Shown: in pieces, positions 27,487 to 36,938 of the stretch
Layout of the letters: every line of letters begins with the position of its first letter
Numbering within the stretch: the stretch's first letter is position 1
Assembly: GCA_965215335.1 (NCBI GenBank)
Contig: CBDCDA010000002.1
Location: 736,001 to 800,000, forward strand
Direction: 5' to 3'
Source: an uncultured Candidatus Entotheonella sp.
Lineage (GTDB): Bacteria > Tectomicrobia > Entotheonellia > Entotheonellales > Entotheonellaceae
Length of the DNA: 64,000 bases
Program-made: the position numbers and the translations under genes
The notes under the pieces: model-generated
The model's database searches: none
The model's input: only the letters and a program-made list of their open reading frames with translations
Told to the model about the DNA's origin: nothing

Positions 27487-27648
27487 TTGTGCCGTCTGAA
27501 GCCTCTAAAGGGTTGATTCATAATGGGCTCAAGTTTTACACCATGCCATTTGTCATCAGGAGCCTTGGATTCTTATCATAACGCGGCCCTCGAATCACGT
27601 CCTTTCAGCCCCTTCCAGCAAGAAAACCGAGCCGCCAGGCGAGACCGC

Positions 27649-28889
27649 CAGGGTAAGCGCATATGGCGGTCATCTGGTTAAGACCTGCAACAGATAGCTG
27701 TGATCCCAAGCGGCCCGTTTGCGTCGGGCCTTGACGCCCCGCTTGTGACTCGATTCCCGTCGTATCAGGTTCAGGGCGATGTGACGCAGCACCGACATCG
27801 TTTGAGCCCCAGCGTCTTGACGAATCCGACAGTCGTCCTCGCGAAAGCTCACGTCAAGCACCCAATGGAGCGAATTCTCAACGCCCCAATGCTGCCGGAC
27901 CGCTTGCGCAAAGCGCGCCGCATCACACTCAAGCGAGGTCAGAAAATAACGCCGCTCACAAGACACCACATCGCCCAGTTCCACCTGTGACTCGACCATG
28001 CCAATGCTGGCAATGTTGGCCCACGAACCCTTCACCCCCAAACACTCGATATCGCTCGTCAGCCAATAGCGGCGCGTCTCGATACGACCATGGTCGGCAT
28101 CGACGCTCTGGTAATAATCGCAACTCACATCCGTCAACCCGCTCGTCGTCACAGCGTCGAAAAGGAGCTTGACCTCACCATGGAGCGTCGCATGGTTGTC
28201 TTTTGAGAGCCAAGACATAATCCGCCCCTTGCTCGGCGATGCTGCGGGCGATCTCCTTCTGGCATCCCATGGCGTCGATTGTCACCGTTGCCCCGTCCAA
28301 CTCCAACAGCCCAGGCAAGTGGGGAAGGGCAGAGATTTCATTGGACTTGTCATCCACCTTGAGTTGACCCAAAACGAGCCGCTTGGCACTGGCCCAGGCG
28401 CTGATCATGTGCACAGCACCCTTGGCCGCAGCACGGTCAAAAGAGCGCCGCAAGGTCTTGCCATCCATGGCGACAATCTCTCCAGCGAGCGACCCGCGCA
28501 GGCTGTCCGTCCAGTTGATGAAGCACTGGGTGAGTTCTTCCGGCTCAAGCCGACAGAGCACGCGACGGAAGGTGTCGGGTGAGGGAATACCATGAGGCAG
28601 GTCGAGAAACTCTTGGAGCCAATCGGCCTGAGCCTGACCGTACTCCTCCATATCTTCCCAGCCCTCGGCGCCGCTGATAACGGCACATAGGGCAATCACG
28701 AAGATGTCAAACAAGGAGTGTCGGATGTTGGGGCCGCGCGGATCACTGACCGAGGCAAAGTGATCCAGGAGTCGAGACGATGCGAGTTTTTCCATGCCCA
28801 GTTCTGCTCCAGGTTGAGTGTCCTGACACGCGATGACTCTGCATAACCTGAATCAGAACGCTGGGCAATCCTCATATGCGCTTACCCTG
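27649..28889 (-). mobile_element. ISAs1-family insertion sequence, copy 1
   Basis: 17-bp perfect TIR CAGGGTAAGCGCATATG; no matching target duplication. Confidence 0.93.
27670..28795 (-). pseudogene. ISAs1 transposase, split by a frameshift near 28200
   Basis: DPR, PHGIPSPDTF, DGKTLR, IDAMGCQ in one frame; HGRIETR, HWGVENSLHWVLDV in another. Confidence 0.85.
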
Positions 28890-28994
28890 GCCAGCCTACC
28901 GCCTTACTTCCGCCGGGGCAATATGGTAGTCTATCGTGCCGGGCTGCAACGGTACATCCGTCCATGACGCGAACCTGCTAAGGAGAGAAGAGAG

Positions 28995-29633
28995 ATGATC
29001 GAAGCGAAAGACGCGGTCGAGTTCTACTGGGACCCGGTTTGTCCTTGGTGTTGGATCACGTCCCGCTGGATGGAAGACGTTGGGCGGCACAAGGACATCA
29101 AGGTGCACTGGAAGTTGTTCAGCCTGAAGAAAATCAACGAGGGGCGCGATCTGCCGCCGCAATTCGGCCCCCGGCACCTGATGGGACTGCGGGCCTTGCG
29201 GGTGGCCGCGGCGGTGCGGCAAGACCTTGGCGAGACGGCGGTCGGCAAGCTGTACACCGCCATGGGCGCCCGCTGGCACCACGACGAGGTGGACATCGGC
29301 CAGGTGCCCGAGCTGGTCTCCATCCTCGAGACGTGCGGCTTTTCGACCGATTTTGCCACCGCTGCGGACGACGAGGCGTGGGACGAGGTGATCAAGAAGG
29401 ACATGGAGAACGCCGTAGCCAAGGCCGGCACCGACGTCGGCGTGCCGTTGATCGTTCTCGACGGCGGCAGCGGCCCCGGCTTTTTCGGCCCGGTGTTCAG
29501 CCCGGCGCCGGCCGGCGAGGCCGCCGTGGACCTGTGGGACGCCATGGTGCTGGCGGGCCGCACGGAGGGCTTTTACGAGTTCAAGCGCACGCGCGAAACG
29601 GGTCCGATCTTTGCCGAGCGCCCCGGCGTCTGA
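28995..29633 (+). CDS. DsbA/thioredoxin-fold protein (Rv2466c-like)
   Basis: FYWDPVCPWCWITSRW, DVGVP, GFFGPV, FYEFKRTR. Confidence 0.85.
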   Translation: MIEAKDAVEFYWDPVCPWCWITSRWMEDVGRHKDIKVHWKLFSLKKINEGRDLPPQFGPRHLMGLRALRVAAAVRQDLGETAVGKLYTAMGARWHHDEVDIGQVPELVSILETCGFSTDFATAADDEAWDEVIKKDMENAVAKAGTDVGVPLIVLDGGSGPGFFGPVFSPAPAGEAAVDLWDAMVLAGRTEGFYEFKRTRETGPIFAERPGV

Positions 29634-29712
29634 CCCCCCACGCTGCGTCCTTCCACCCAGTCCGGACAGGGCGCAACCGGCCTTCTGCCCCCTAGAAAGC
29701 AGATCAACAGCC

Positions 29713-30201
29713 ATGCCGCCCGATACGCCGCCGATGCCACAGCGCCATCTGAAGTTTGCAGGGACGTACAATTTCCGCGACACCGGTGGCTATCCTGCCT
29801 GCAACGGTGGCACCACCCGGCGCATCCTGTTTCGTTCCGACAGCCCGCACCGCCTGTCAGAGACCGACCGCACATCCCTCTTCGGGGACGGTTTGCGGAC
29901 CGCAATCGATCTCAGGCAGGCCGAGGAACTGGCCGAGGCGCCGAACGCTTTCGCGGCATCGGCTCATGTTACCTACCACCACGTACCACTCCTCAGCGCC
30001 GTCCCGGCCCCGCCGGAGGTCCTGCCGGCTCTCGTTGACATATGCCGCAGCATTCTGGACGACCGCGGCGAGCAGGTCGGCGTCGTGCTGGCGATGCTGG
30101 TGCATCTCAAGAAACGCTATGGCGGTATCAAGGCGTATGTGCGGACAACCGGGCTGGGTGACGCGGAAATCGACCGGCTGCAGCGGGCCATGGTGGCGTG
30201 A
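29713..30201 (+). pseudogene. Tyrosine-protein phosphatase (Y_phosphatase3-like) with internal deletion
   Basis: NFRDTGGY, LFRSD, IDLR and C-terminal YGG..Y...GL present, but the catalytic HCxxGKDRT loop is absent. Confidence 0.7.
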
Positions 30202-30238
30202 AGCCGTCAGGCGCTCCGAGGAAGAGGGAGAGAACGGC

Positions 30239-30922
30239 ATGAACGGCGTCCACGACATGGGCGGCATGCATGGCTTCGGGCCGATCGAGCAGGAAGCGAA
30301 CGAGCCGGTTTTCCATCACGACTGGGAGGGCCGCGTGTTCGCCATACGGGTGGCGACGCCGGTGCCTATTCCGGGGGGCGCGCGCGGCAACATCGAGACC
30401 ATGGAACCGCTGCACTACCTGCGGTCAGGCTATTATGAGAAATGGCTGCACGCCCGCGTCAAGGGACTCATCGACAGCGGCGTTCTGACCGCCGAGGAAC
30501 TGCAGGCCCGCGAAGCGCTCTACCGCGACCGGCCTGATACCCCGATGCCGCGCCGCGAGGACCCGCAACGGGTGCTGGCGGTACTGGCAAACCTGAGAAC
30601 GCACCGCTCGCCGCGCCGCGACGTGGACACGCAGCCGCAATTCGGCCTCGGCGACCCCGTGCGGGTCCGCAACCTGCATCCGCTTGGCCATACCCGGCTG
30701 CCCCGTTACGTGCGCGGCAAACGTGGCGTGGTCGTGCGCTTCTACGGCTTCCAGGATCTTCAAGACGCGCAGCCGCCCGGTGTCACCGCCGCACCCCAGG
30801 CGGTGTACGCGGTCCGTTTTATGGCCGCGGAGCTTTGGGGCGATGCCGCGCAGACCAACAGCACGGTCTGCATCGACATGTGGGAGAGCTATCTCGAACC
30901 GCTGGAGGAGCAAAGTCAATGA
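30239..30922 (+). CDS. nthB: Nitrile hydratase beta subunit
   Basis: [41 protein letters not shown]. Confidence 0.95.
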   Translation: MNGVHDMGGMHGFGPIEQEANEPVFHHDWEGRVFAIRVATPVPIPGGARGNIETMEPLHYLRSGYYEKWLHARVKGLIDSGVLTAEELQAREALYRDRPDTPMPRREDPQRVLAVLANLRTHRSPRRDVDTQPQFGLGDPVRVRNLHPLGHTRLPRYVRGKRGVVVRFYGFQDLQDAQPPGVTAAPQAVYAVRFMAAELWGDAAQTNSTVCIDMWESYLEPLEEQSQ

Positions 30923-31536
30923 GCGGCGCACAGCACCACGACGCCCATGCCGGCAGCGACGCGGACATGGCCCTGCGCACCCGGGCCCTGGAGTCCCTGC
31001 TGGTCGAAAAGGGCCTCATCACCACCGACGTCATCGACGCCGTGGTGCGCACCTACGAGCAAGACGTCGGGCCGCTCAACGGCGCCAAGGTGGTGGCCCG
31101 CGCCTGGGTCGACCCCGCTTACAAGCAGCGCCTGCTGGCCGATGGCACCGCGGCGGTGGCGGAACTGGGCTTCAGCGGCTCACAGGGCGCCGACATCGTT
31201 GTGCTAGAGAACACCCCGAGCGTGCACAACGTGGTCGTCTGCACCCTGTGCTCGTGCTACCCCTGGCCCGTTCTGGGGCTGCCACCCGCCTGGTACAAGT
31301 CGTACGCCTACCGCTCGCGGCTGGTCAGAGAGCCGAGAACGGTGCTGCGCGAATTCGGCCTCGACCTGCCGGAGAGCATCGAGGTGCGCGTCTGGGACAG
31401 CAATTCCGACATCCGCTACATGGTGTTGCCCGAGCGCCCGGCAGGCGCGGCGTGTCTGCGCGAAGACGAACTCGTTCCCTTGGTCACCCGCGACGCCATG
31501 ATCGGCACTACCGTCGTGCGTGCCGGCGGTGCCTAG
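30919..31536 (+). CDS. nthA: Nitrile hydratase alpha subunit, cobalt-type
   Basis: [10 protein letters not shown] metal-binding motif (Thr/Tyr = Co-type). Confidence 0.97.
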   Translation: MSGAQHHDAHAGSDADMALRTRALESLLVEKGLITTDVIDAVVRTYEQDVGPLNGAKVVARAWVDPAYKQRLLADGTAAVAELGFSGSQGADIVVLENTPSVHNVVVCTLCSCYPWPVLGLPPAWYKSYAYRSRLVREPRTVLREFGLDLPESIEVRVWDSNSDIRYMVLPERPAGAACLREDELVPLVTRDAMIGTTVVRAGGA

Positions 31537-31548
31537 AGGATCATCCGC

Positions 31549-31896
31549 ATGGACCCTTCGCCCCACCGCCAGATAACCGACATGCAGAGTGAGATGGCAC
31601 TGCCGCGCCAGAACGGTGAGTTGGTCTTCGCCACGCCGTGGGAGGCGAGAGCGTTTGGCCTTGCCGTTGCTTTGCAGGAAAGCGGGGTTTATGAATGGCG
31701 GGAGTTCAGCGCCGTCCTGGCCGCTGAAATCGCCAGGTCGGAACAGGCAGGCATTATTTCCACTTACTACGAGCGCTGGCTCTCGAGCCTCGAAGAACTT
31801 CTCATTGTCAACGGACTGGTGACGCTATCGGAAATCAGCGACCGCATGGCATCACGCGCCGCCCATGATGACCATGCGGACCACCGCGGCCCGTAG
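31549..31896 (+). CDS. Nitrile hydratase accessory protein (P14K-like)
   Basis: PRQNGELVFATPWEARAF, YYERWL, His-rich tail. Confidence 0.9.
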   Translation: MDPSPHRQITDMQSEMALPRQNGELVFATPWEARAFGLAVALQESGVYEWREFSAVLAAEIARSEQAGIISTYYERWLSSLEELLIVNGLVTLSEISDRMASRAAHDDHADHRGP

Positions 31897-31932
31897 GCGG
31901 ATTCGCGCCGCCGCCATCCGACACGCCAGCGG

Positions 31933-33576
31933 CTACCGCCAATAACTGCAAATGTCCTCTTCCTCCTTGGTCATCATCTCCAGCAGCGCCGGCTGCCCCT
32001 CCTGCGTGGCTGTCAGACCCCGCTGGATGGCGCCACCAATAGCGTCCGGCGCCGTCACCTTCTCCGCGTATGCCCCCAACGCTGCCGCCACCTGCGCGTA
32101 TTCGCCGCCGAGCTTGTTGCTGCCCCAGTGCTTGGCGGCATGCGGGAAGTGGTCGGCATAGTGGGTCATGACGCCGTTGTTGATGACGATGGTGAGGATG
32201 CCGATGCGCGATCTGGCGGCGGTTTCCACATCCATCCCGGCCATGCCGAAGGCTGCGTCGCCCATGATGTTGATCACCGTCTTGCCGGGTGCCGCGAGCT
32301 TGGCGCCCATCGCCAGGCCAAGGCCGTAGCCGAGCTGCGTCGACTTGCCCCAGCCGATATAGCCGCGCGGCGTCACCGGCTTCCAGAAGGGCACAAGCTG
32401 TTCGCGGGGATAGCCCGAATCGTGCGTGATGATGGTGTTGGCCACGTCGACGTTGTTGGCGATTTCGTTGATTACCCGGTACGGGCTCATGGGCACCTCG
32501 TCCGACACCAGCCGCGGTCCCCACTCCGCCATGAAGGCGTCCCGTGAGCGGTTGATGGCGTCCACCACGCCGTTCACATCCCCCCGGCCTTGCGCGCCGA
32601 GTTGCCGCTTGGCCTCCTCGATCATCTGCTGCAGCACGATCTTCGCGTCGCCCACGGCGCCGTAGTCGATCCGGTAATCCTTGTTGAGGTCCTCGGCACA
32701 ATTGGTGCACTGCGCCATGGTGACTCCACCGGGCATCGGGACGTTGAAGTGCGAAATGGCGAAGCTGGTGCCGATGCCCAGAATGAAATCGGTGACGCGC
32801 AGGAAATCGCGGGCCATCATCGTGCCGGAAGAGGCCGCGGCGCCCAGGGCCAAGGGGTGGGTTTCGGGAAAGGCGCTCTTGCCGGCCAGGGTGGTGAAGA
32901 CGGGCACGTGGGTCAGCTCGGCAAAGGCGACGAGTTCCGGCGTGGCCTCGGCGTACAGCACGCCCTGCCCGGCGTTGATTACCGGGTTCGACGCCTTGAG
33001 CAGCGCCGCGACCACATCGTGCACGTCCTCGGCGCTGGCGCCCGACTTGTGCACCTTGGGCGGCGTGTAGGTGAAGAAATCGCGGGGGATTTCGGTGCTG
33101 GCAACGTCGCCGGGGATTTCCAGCAGCACCGGTCCAAGGCGCCCGTGCCGCAGGTGGGTGAAGGCGCGCGACATCATCTCGGGGATGCGTTCGACCTGGT
33201 TGAACAGCCCGGCCCACTTGGTGACGCCCTGATAGTTGGGCACCGACTCGAAATTCGGATGCACGCCCGCGCGCGACGCGGGCTGGCCGCCGGGCAGCAG
33301 CAGGATGGGAACCGAATCGGCAAACGCCTGCGCGACGCCACTGAAGGCGTTCTCGGCGCCCGGTCCGGTCTGCATGGTGAAGACGCCGACCTTCTTGCCA
33401 TTGGTGACCCGGCTGTAGCCGTCCGCCATGTTCACGCCGGCCCGCTCCTGGCGGCACATGATGGGCCGAATGCCTTCCATGGAGGCCGCGTCGATCAAGC
33501 TCTGCGCCGGGAAGCAGGACAACCAGTCAACCCCCTCGGCTTTGAGTATCTGTGCAATAACCTGGTTCCCTTGCAT
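31933..33576 (-). CDS. Thiamine pyrophosphate-dependent enzyme (acetolactate synthase-like family)
   Basis: RQERAGVNMADG, GPG, GDAAFGM...NN ThDP motif. Confidence 0.9.
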   Translation of the reverse strand: MQGNQVIAQILKAEGVDWLSCFPAQSLIDAASMEGIRPIMCRQERAGVNMADGYSRVTNGKKVGVFTMQTGPGAENAFSGVAQAFADSVPILLLPGGQPASRAGVHPNFESVPNYQGVTKWAGLFNQVERIPEMMSRAFTHLRHGRLGPVLLEIPGDVASTEIPRDFFTYTPPKVHKSGASAEDVHDVVAALLKASNPVINAGQGVLYAEATPELVAFAELTHVPVFTTLAGKSAFPETHPLALGAAASSGTMMARDFLRVTDFILGIGTSFAISHFNVPMPGGVTMAQCTNCAEDLNKDYRIDYGAVGDAKIVLQQMIEEAKRQLGAQGRGDVNGVVDAINRSRDAFMAEWGPRLVSDEVPMSPYRVINEIANNVDVANTIITHDSGYPREQLVPFWKPVTPRGYIGWGKSTQLGYGLGLAMGAKLAAPGKTVINIMGDAAFGMAGMDVETAARSRIGILTIVINNGVMTHYADHFPHAAKHWGSNKLGGEYAQVAAALGAYAEKVTAPDAIGGAIQRGLTATQEGQPALLEMMTKEEEDICSYWR

Positions 33577-33673
33577 GCCTGCTCCTTTTTAGCGTGAAAT
33601 GGCGGCGTGTGGATTTGGAAGGTGTGAATCATAGCAAAATCGGGCATGCGGGGCATGCTCGCTACCGCACCGC

Positions 33674-34916
33674 CAGGGTAAGCGCATATGGCGGTCATCT
33701 GGTTAAGACCTGCAACAGATAGCTGTGATCCCAAGCGGCCCGTTTGCGTCGGGCCTTGACGCCCCGCTTGTGACTCGATTCCCGTCGTATCAGGTTCAGG
33801 GCGATGTGACGCAGCACCGACATCGTTTGAGCCCCAGCGTCTTGACGAATCCGACAGTCGTCCTCGCGAAAGCTCACGTCAAGCACCCAATGGAGCGAAT
33901 TCTCAACGCCCCAATGCTGCCGGACCGCTTGCGCAAAGCGCGCCGCATCACACTCAAGCGAGGTCAGAAAATAACGCCGCTCACAAGACACCACATCGCC
34001 CAGTTCCACCTGTGACTCGACCATGCCAATGCTGGCAATGTTGGCCCACGAACCCTTCACCCCCAAACACTCGATATCGCTCGTCAGCCAATAGCGGCGC
34101 GTCTCGATACGACCATGGTCGGCATCGACGCTCTGGTAATAATCGCAACTCACATCCGTCAACCCGCTCGTCGTCACAGCGTCGAAAAGGAGCTTGACCT
34201 CACCATGGAGCGTCGCATGGTTGTCTTTTGAGAGCCAAGACATAATCCGCCCCTTGCTCGGCGATGCTGCGGGCGATCTCCTTCTGGCATCCCATGGCGT
34301 CGATTGTCACCGTTGCCCCGTCCAACTCCAACAGCCCAGGCAAGTGGGGAAGGGCAGAGATTTCATTGGACTTGTCATCCACCTTGAGTTGACCCAAAAC
34401 GAGCCGCTTGGCACTGGCCCAGGCGCTGATCATGTGCACAGCACCCTTGGCCGCAGCACGGTCAAAAGAGCGCCGCAAGGTCTTGCCATCCATGGCGACA
34501 ATCTCTCCAGCGAGCGACCCGCGCAGGCTGTCCGTCCAGTTGATGAAGCACTGGGTGAGTTCTTCCGGCTCAAGCCGACAGAGCACGCGACGGAAGGTGT
34601 CGGGTGAGGGAATACCATGAGGCAGGTCGAGAAACTCTTGGAGCCAATCGGCCTGAGCCTGACCGTACTCCTCCATATCTTCCCAGCCCTCGGCGCCGCT
34701 GATAACGGCACATAGGGCAATCACGAAGATGTCAAACAAGGAGTGTCGGATGTTGGGGCCGCGCGGATCACTTGACCGAGGCAAAGTGATCCAGGAGTCG
34801 AGACGATGCGAGTTTTTCCATGCCCAGTTCTTTCTCCAGGTTGAGTGTCCTGACACGCGATGACTCTGCATAACCTGAATCAGAACGCTGGGCAATCCTC
34901 ATATGCGCTTACCCTG
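33674..34916 (-). mobile_element. ISAs1-family insertion sequence, copy 2
   Basis: Same 17-bp TIR; 11-bp target duplication TACCGCACCGC at 33663 and 34917. Confidence 0.95.
33695..34821 (-). pseudogene. ISAs1 transposase, two frameshifts
   Basis: Same frameshift as copy 1 (~34225) plus a 1-nt insertion near 34772. Confidence 0.85.
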
Positions 34917-35002
34917 TACCGCACCGCATTTGCTTTTGCCTGCTGGCGCTTCCTGTGACAACATGGGTCTTTCGCACCCCGGCGGCAAGACGAGGAGACA
35001 AC

Positions 35003-35815
35003 ATGAGCGACCAGGAAATCGTGGACAAATTGGAACGCGTGTGGGGTTCGATGGCGGCGCTGTGTGAGCCGTTCAGCGAGCGGGAGTGGAAGCTCGCCAC
35101 CGACTGCCCGAAGTGGTCGGTGCAGGATCACGTGGCGCACGTCGTCGGCACCGAGTCGCGGCTGGCTGGCCGTCCGGTGCCGGATCACGTGCCGCAGGAC
35201 ACGGCGCACGTCAAGAACGACATCGGCAGGGGCAACGAGGTGTGGGTGGACTTCCTGCGCCCGCGCTCCGGCGCGGATGTGCTGGAGGCGTTTCGCGAGG
35301 TGACGGCAGCGCGCCTGCAGCGGCTGCGCACCATGAACACCGGCGACTTTTCGGAACCCACGCAGACACCGGTCGGGCCCGGCACGGTGCGCGATTTCAT
35401 GGTCATTCGCATCTTAGATTGCTGGGTGCATGAGCAGGACGTACGTCGCGCCGTCGGACGCCCCGGCCACATGACGGGCCCCGTGGTGGTGCATTCCATG
35501 GATCGCATGGCCAGGGCGATACCCTTCGTAGTCGGCAAGAAGGCCGCCGCTCCCGACGGCACGACGGTCATTTTCGAGATCACCGGAGCAGCCGGCCGCA
35601 CCCTGCCGATCGGCGTTGATGGCGGGCGCGCCGACTTCCTCGACGCGCCCCCGGTCAGTCCGAACGTGCGCCTCACCATGGACGTGGAAACGTTTGCCTG
35701 CTTGGGGAACGGGCGCTGGGAGGGTAGCCGGGCGCTGGCGTCGAACAGGGTGCGCATCGATGGGGACCGGGCGCTTGGGGAGACTATCGTCGCACGCATG
35801 AATTTCATGGTGTGA
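35003..35815 (+). CDS. Maleylpyruvate isomerase family (MDMPI/DinB-like) protein
   Basis: TDCPKWSVQDHVAH, DCWVHEQDVRRA, C-terminal SCP2-like domain. Confidence 0.85.
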   Translation: MSDQEIVDKLERVWGSMAALCEPFSEREWKLATDCPKWSVQDHVAHVVGTESRLAGRPVPDHVPQDTAHVKNDIGRGNEVWVDFLRPRSGADVLEAFREVTAARLQRLRTMNTGDFSEPTQTPVGPGTVRDFMVIRILDCWVHEQDVRRAVGRPGHMTGPVVVHSMDRMARAIPFVVGKKAAAPDGTTVIFEITGAAGRTLPIGVDGGRADFLDAPPVSPNVRLTMDVETFACLGNGRWEGSRALASNRVRIDGDRALGETIVARMNFMV

Positions 35816-35877
35816 AGATCTCCGGCACGTGGCGAGCACGGATGTCGCTGTGCGGGTGCGCCACTCCCCGCAGAGGT

Positions 35878-36458
35878 GCTCATAGCCACGTGAACTTGAC
35901 TGCGGAGAGCAGTGCCACGGCAACCAGCGTCGGTGAACACTTGCTCCGGCGTCCTTGCGATTATCTTGATCACCACGTAGGTCAGAAAGCCCAGCCCGAT
36001 GCCATCGGCGATGGCCAGCTTCTGTCCCCGCGGGACGGCCTCGATGATCCAGCGCCACACTGTCAGGACGTTCAATGTTCAAAATGAGGAAGAGCACGCC
36101 GGAGATGAAAACCGCGCCGAGCGCGACTTGCCAGCTGTGACCCATGCCGAGGACGATGCCGTAGGAGAAGAACGCGTTGAGCCCCATGCTCGGCGCCAAG
36201 GCGATTGTGGGTAAGTCGGCATACAGCCCCATCAGCAGCGTGCTGAGCGCCGCCGCGCTGCAGGTGGCCACCGAACGCCGCGTCGAACGACATGCCGGCG
36301 TCGGAGAGGATCTGCGGGTTCACGAAGGCGATGTAGGCCATCGTCAAGAACGTCGTCGTGCCTGCCGTCACCTCCGTCCGAACGTTGGTGCCACGCCGCG
36401 CCAAGTCGAAATAGCGTTCAAAGGGCCGCTTTCATTGGATTCCTCGCTGCTTTCCATG
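35878..36458 (-). pseudogene. NCS2-family purine permease remnant
   Basis: TEVTAGTTTFLTMAYI, ALAPSMGLNAFF, GIGLGFLTY in three frames; large internal deletion. Confidence 0.85.
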
Positions 36459-36513
36459 AGGCTGGTTCTGCCGCTTTCAGCTTTGGCGGGGCGGGACCCG
36501 TGGCTTCCGAAGA

Positions 36514-36735
36514 CTAGGAATCAGCGCCGCTGCCTTCGTGTCCCATTTGACTGATGAGGTTTTGTACCCGGGTCGGCACGCCCACGTTATCCCATAACGC
36601 AAGAGCGAGGGCAGCTCTTGCCGCGTCGCCGCCGTTGCCTTGCGCCATCCGCTCCAGGGTCTTTCGCAGGCGTTCTCCAGCAGTCGCTGGTTTGATCGCC
36701 GTCTCGTTCTCTGTTTCGTTCGCTTCGTCGATCAC
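36514..36735 (-). CDS. Small hypothetical protein
   Basis: AGGAGG RBS before GTG; 73 aa. Confidence 0.4.
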   Translation of the reverse strand: MIDEANETENETAIKPATAGERLRKTLERMAQGNGGDAARAALALALWDNVGVPTRVQNLISQMGHEGSGADS

Positions 36736-36938
36736 CGTCTTGGCCTCCTATGCCTGTCGAAAATTGCAGCCTTGCTTAACGTAACGCTGCCCTATTGCTC
36801 TCGCCGCGGTCTTGGAAAGTCACCAAGTCCTTTCGCGATCGAGATGCATTTAGCCGTGCTGATTCTTCCAGGGCCGTTGCAGGGCAAAAGGGGTCTCCGA
36901 CTCCGTCGTGAGGCTGCAAGAGGTGCCCGCAGCCCGGA

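Larger units (their letters stand above)
1..27490. mobile_element. Integrative conjugative element (right part; left end outside window)
   Basis: Contiguous T4SS/T4CP operon, ssb, relaxase-like gene, terminal xis + tyrosine integrase followed by direct-repeat arm-like sites. The tra block is visibly GC-richer than the flanking host genes. Confidence 0.85.

Noticed and set aside
27560..27610. tRNA remnant as the integration target
   Set aside because: CATAAC...TCGAATC is only a faint resemblance; no T-arm or acceptor stem can be built.
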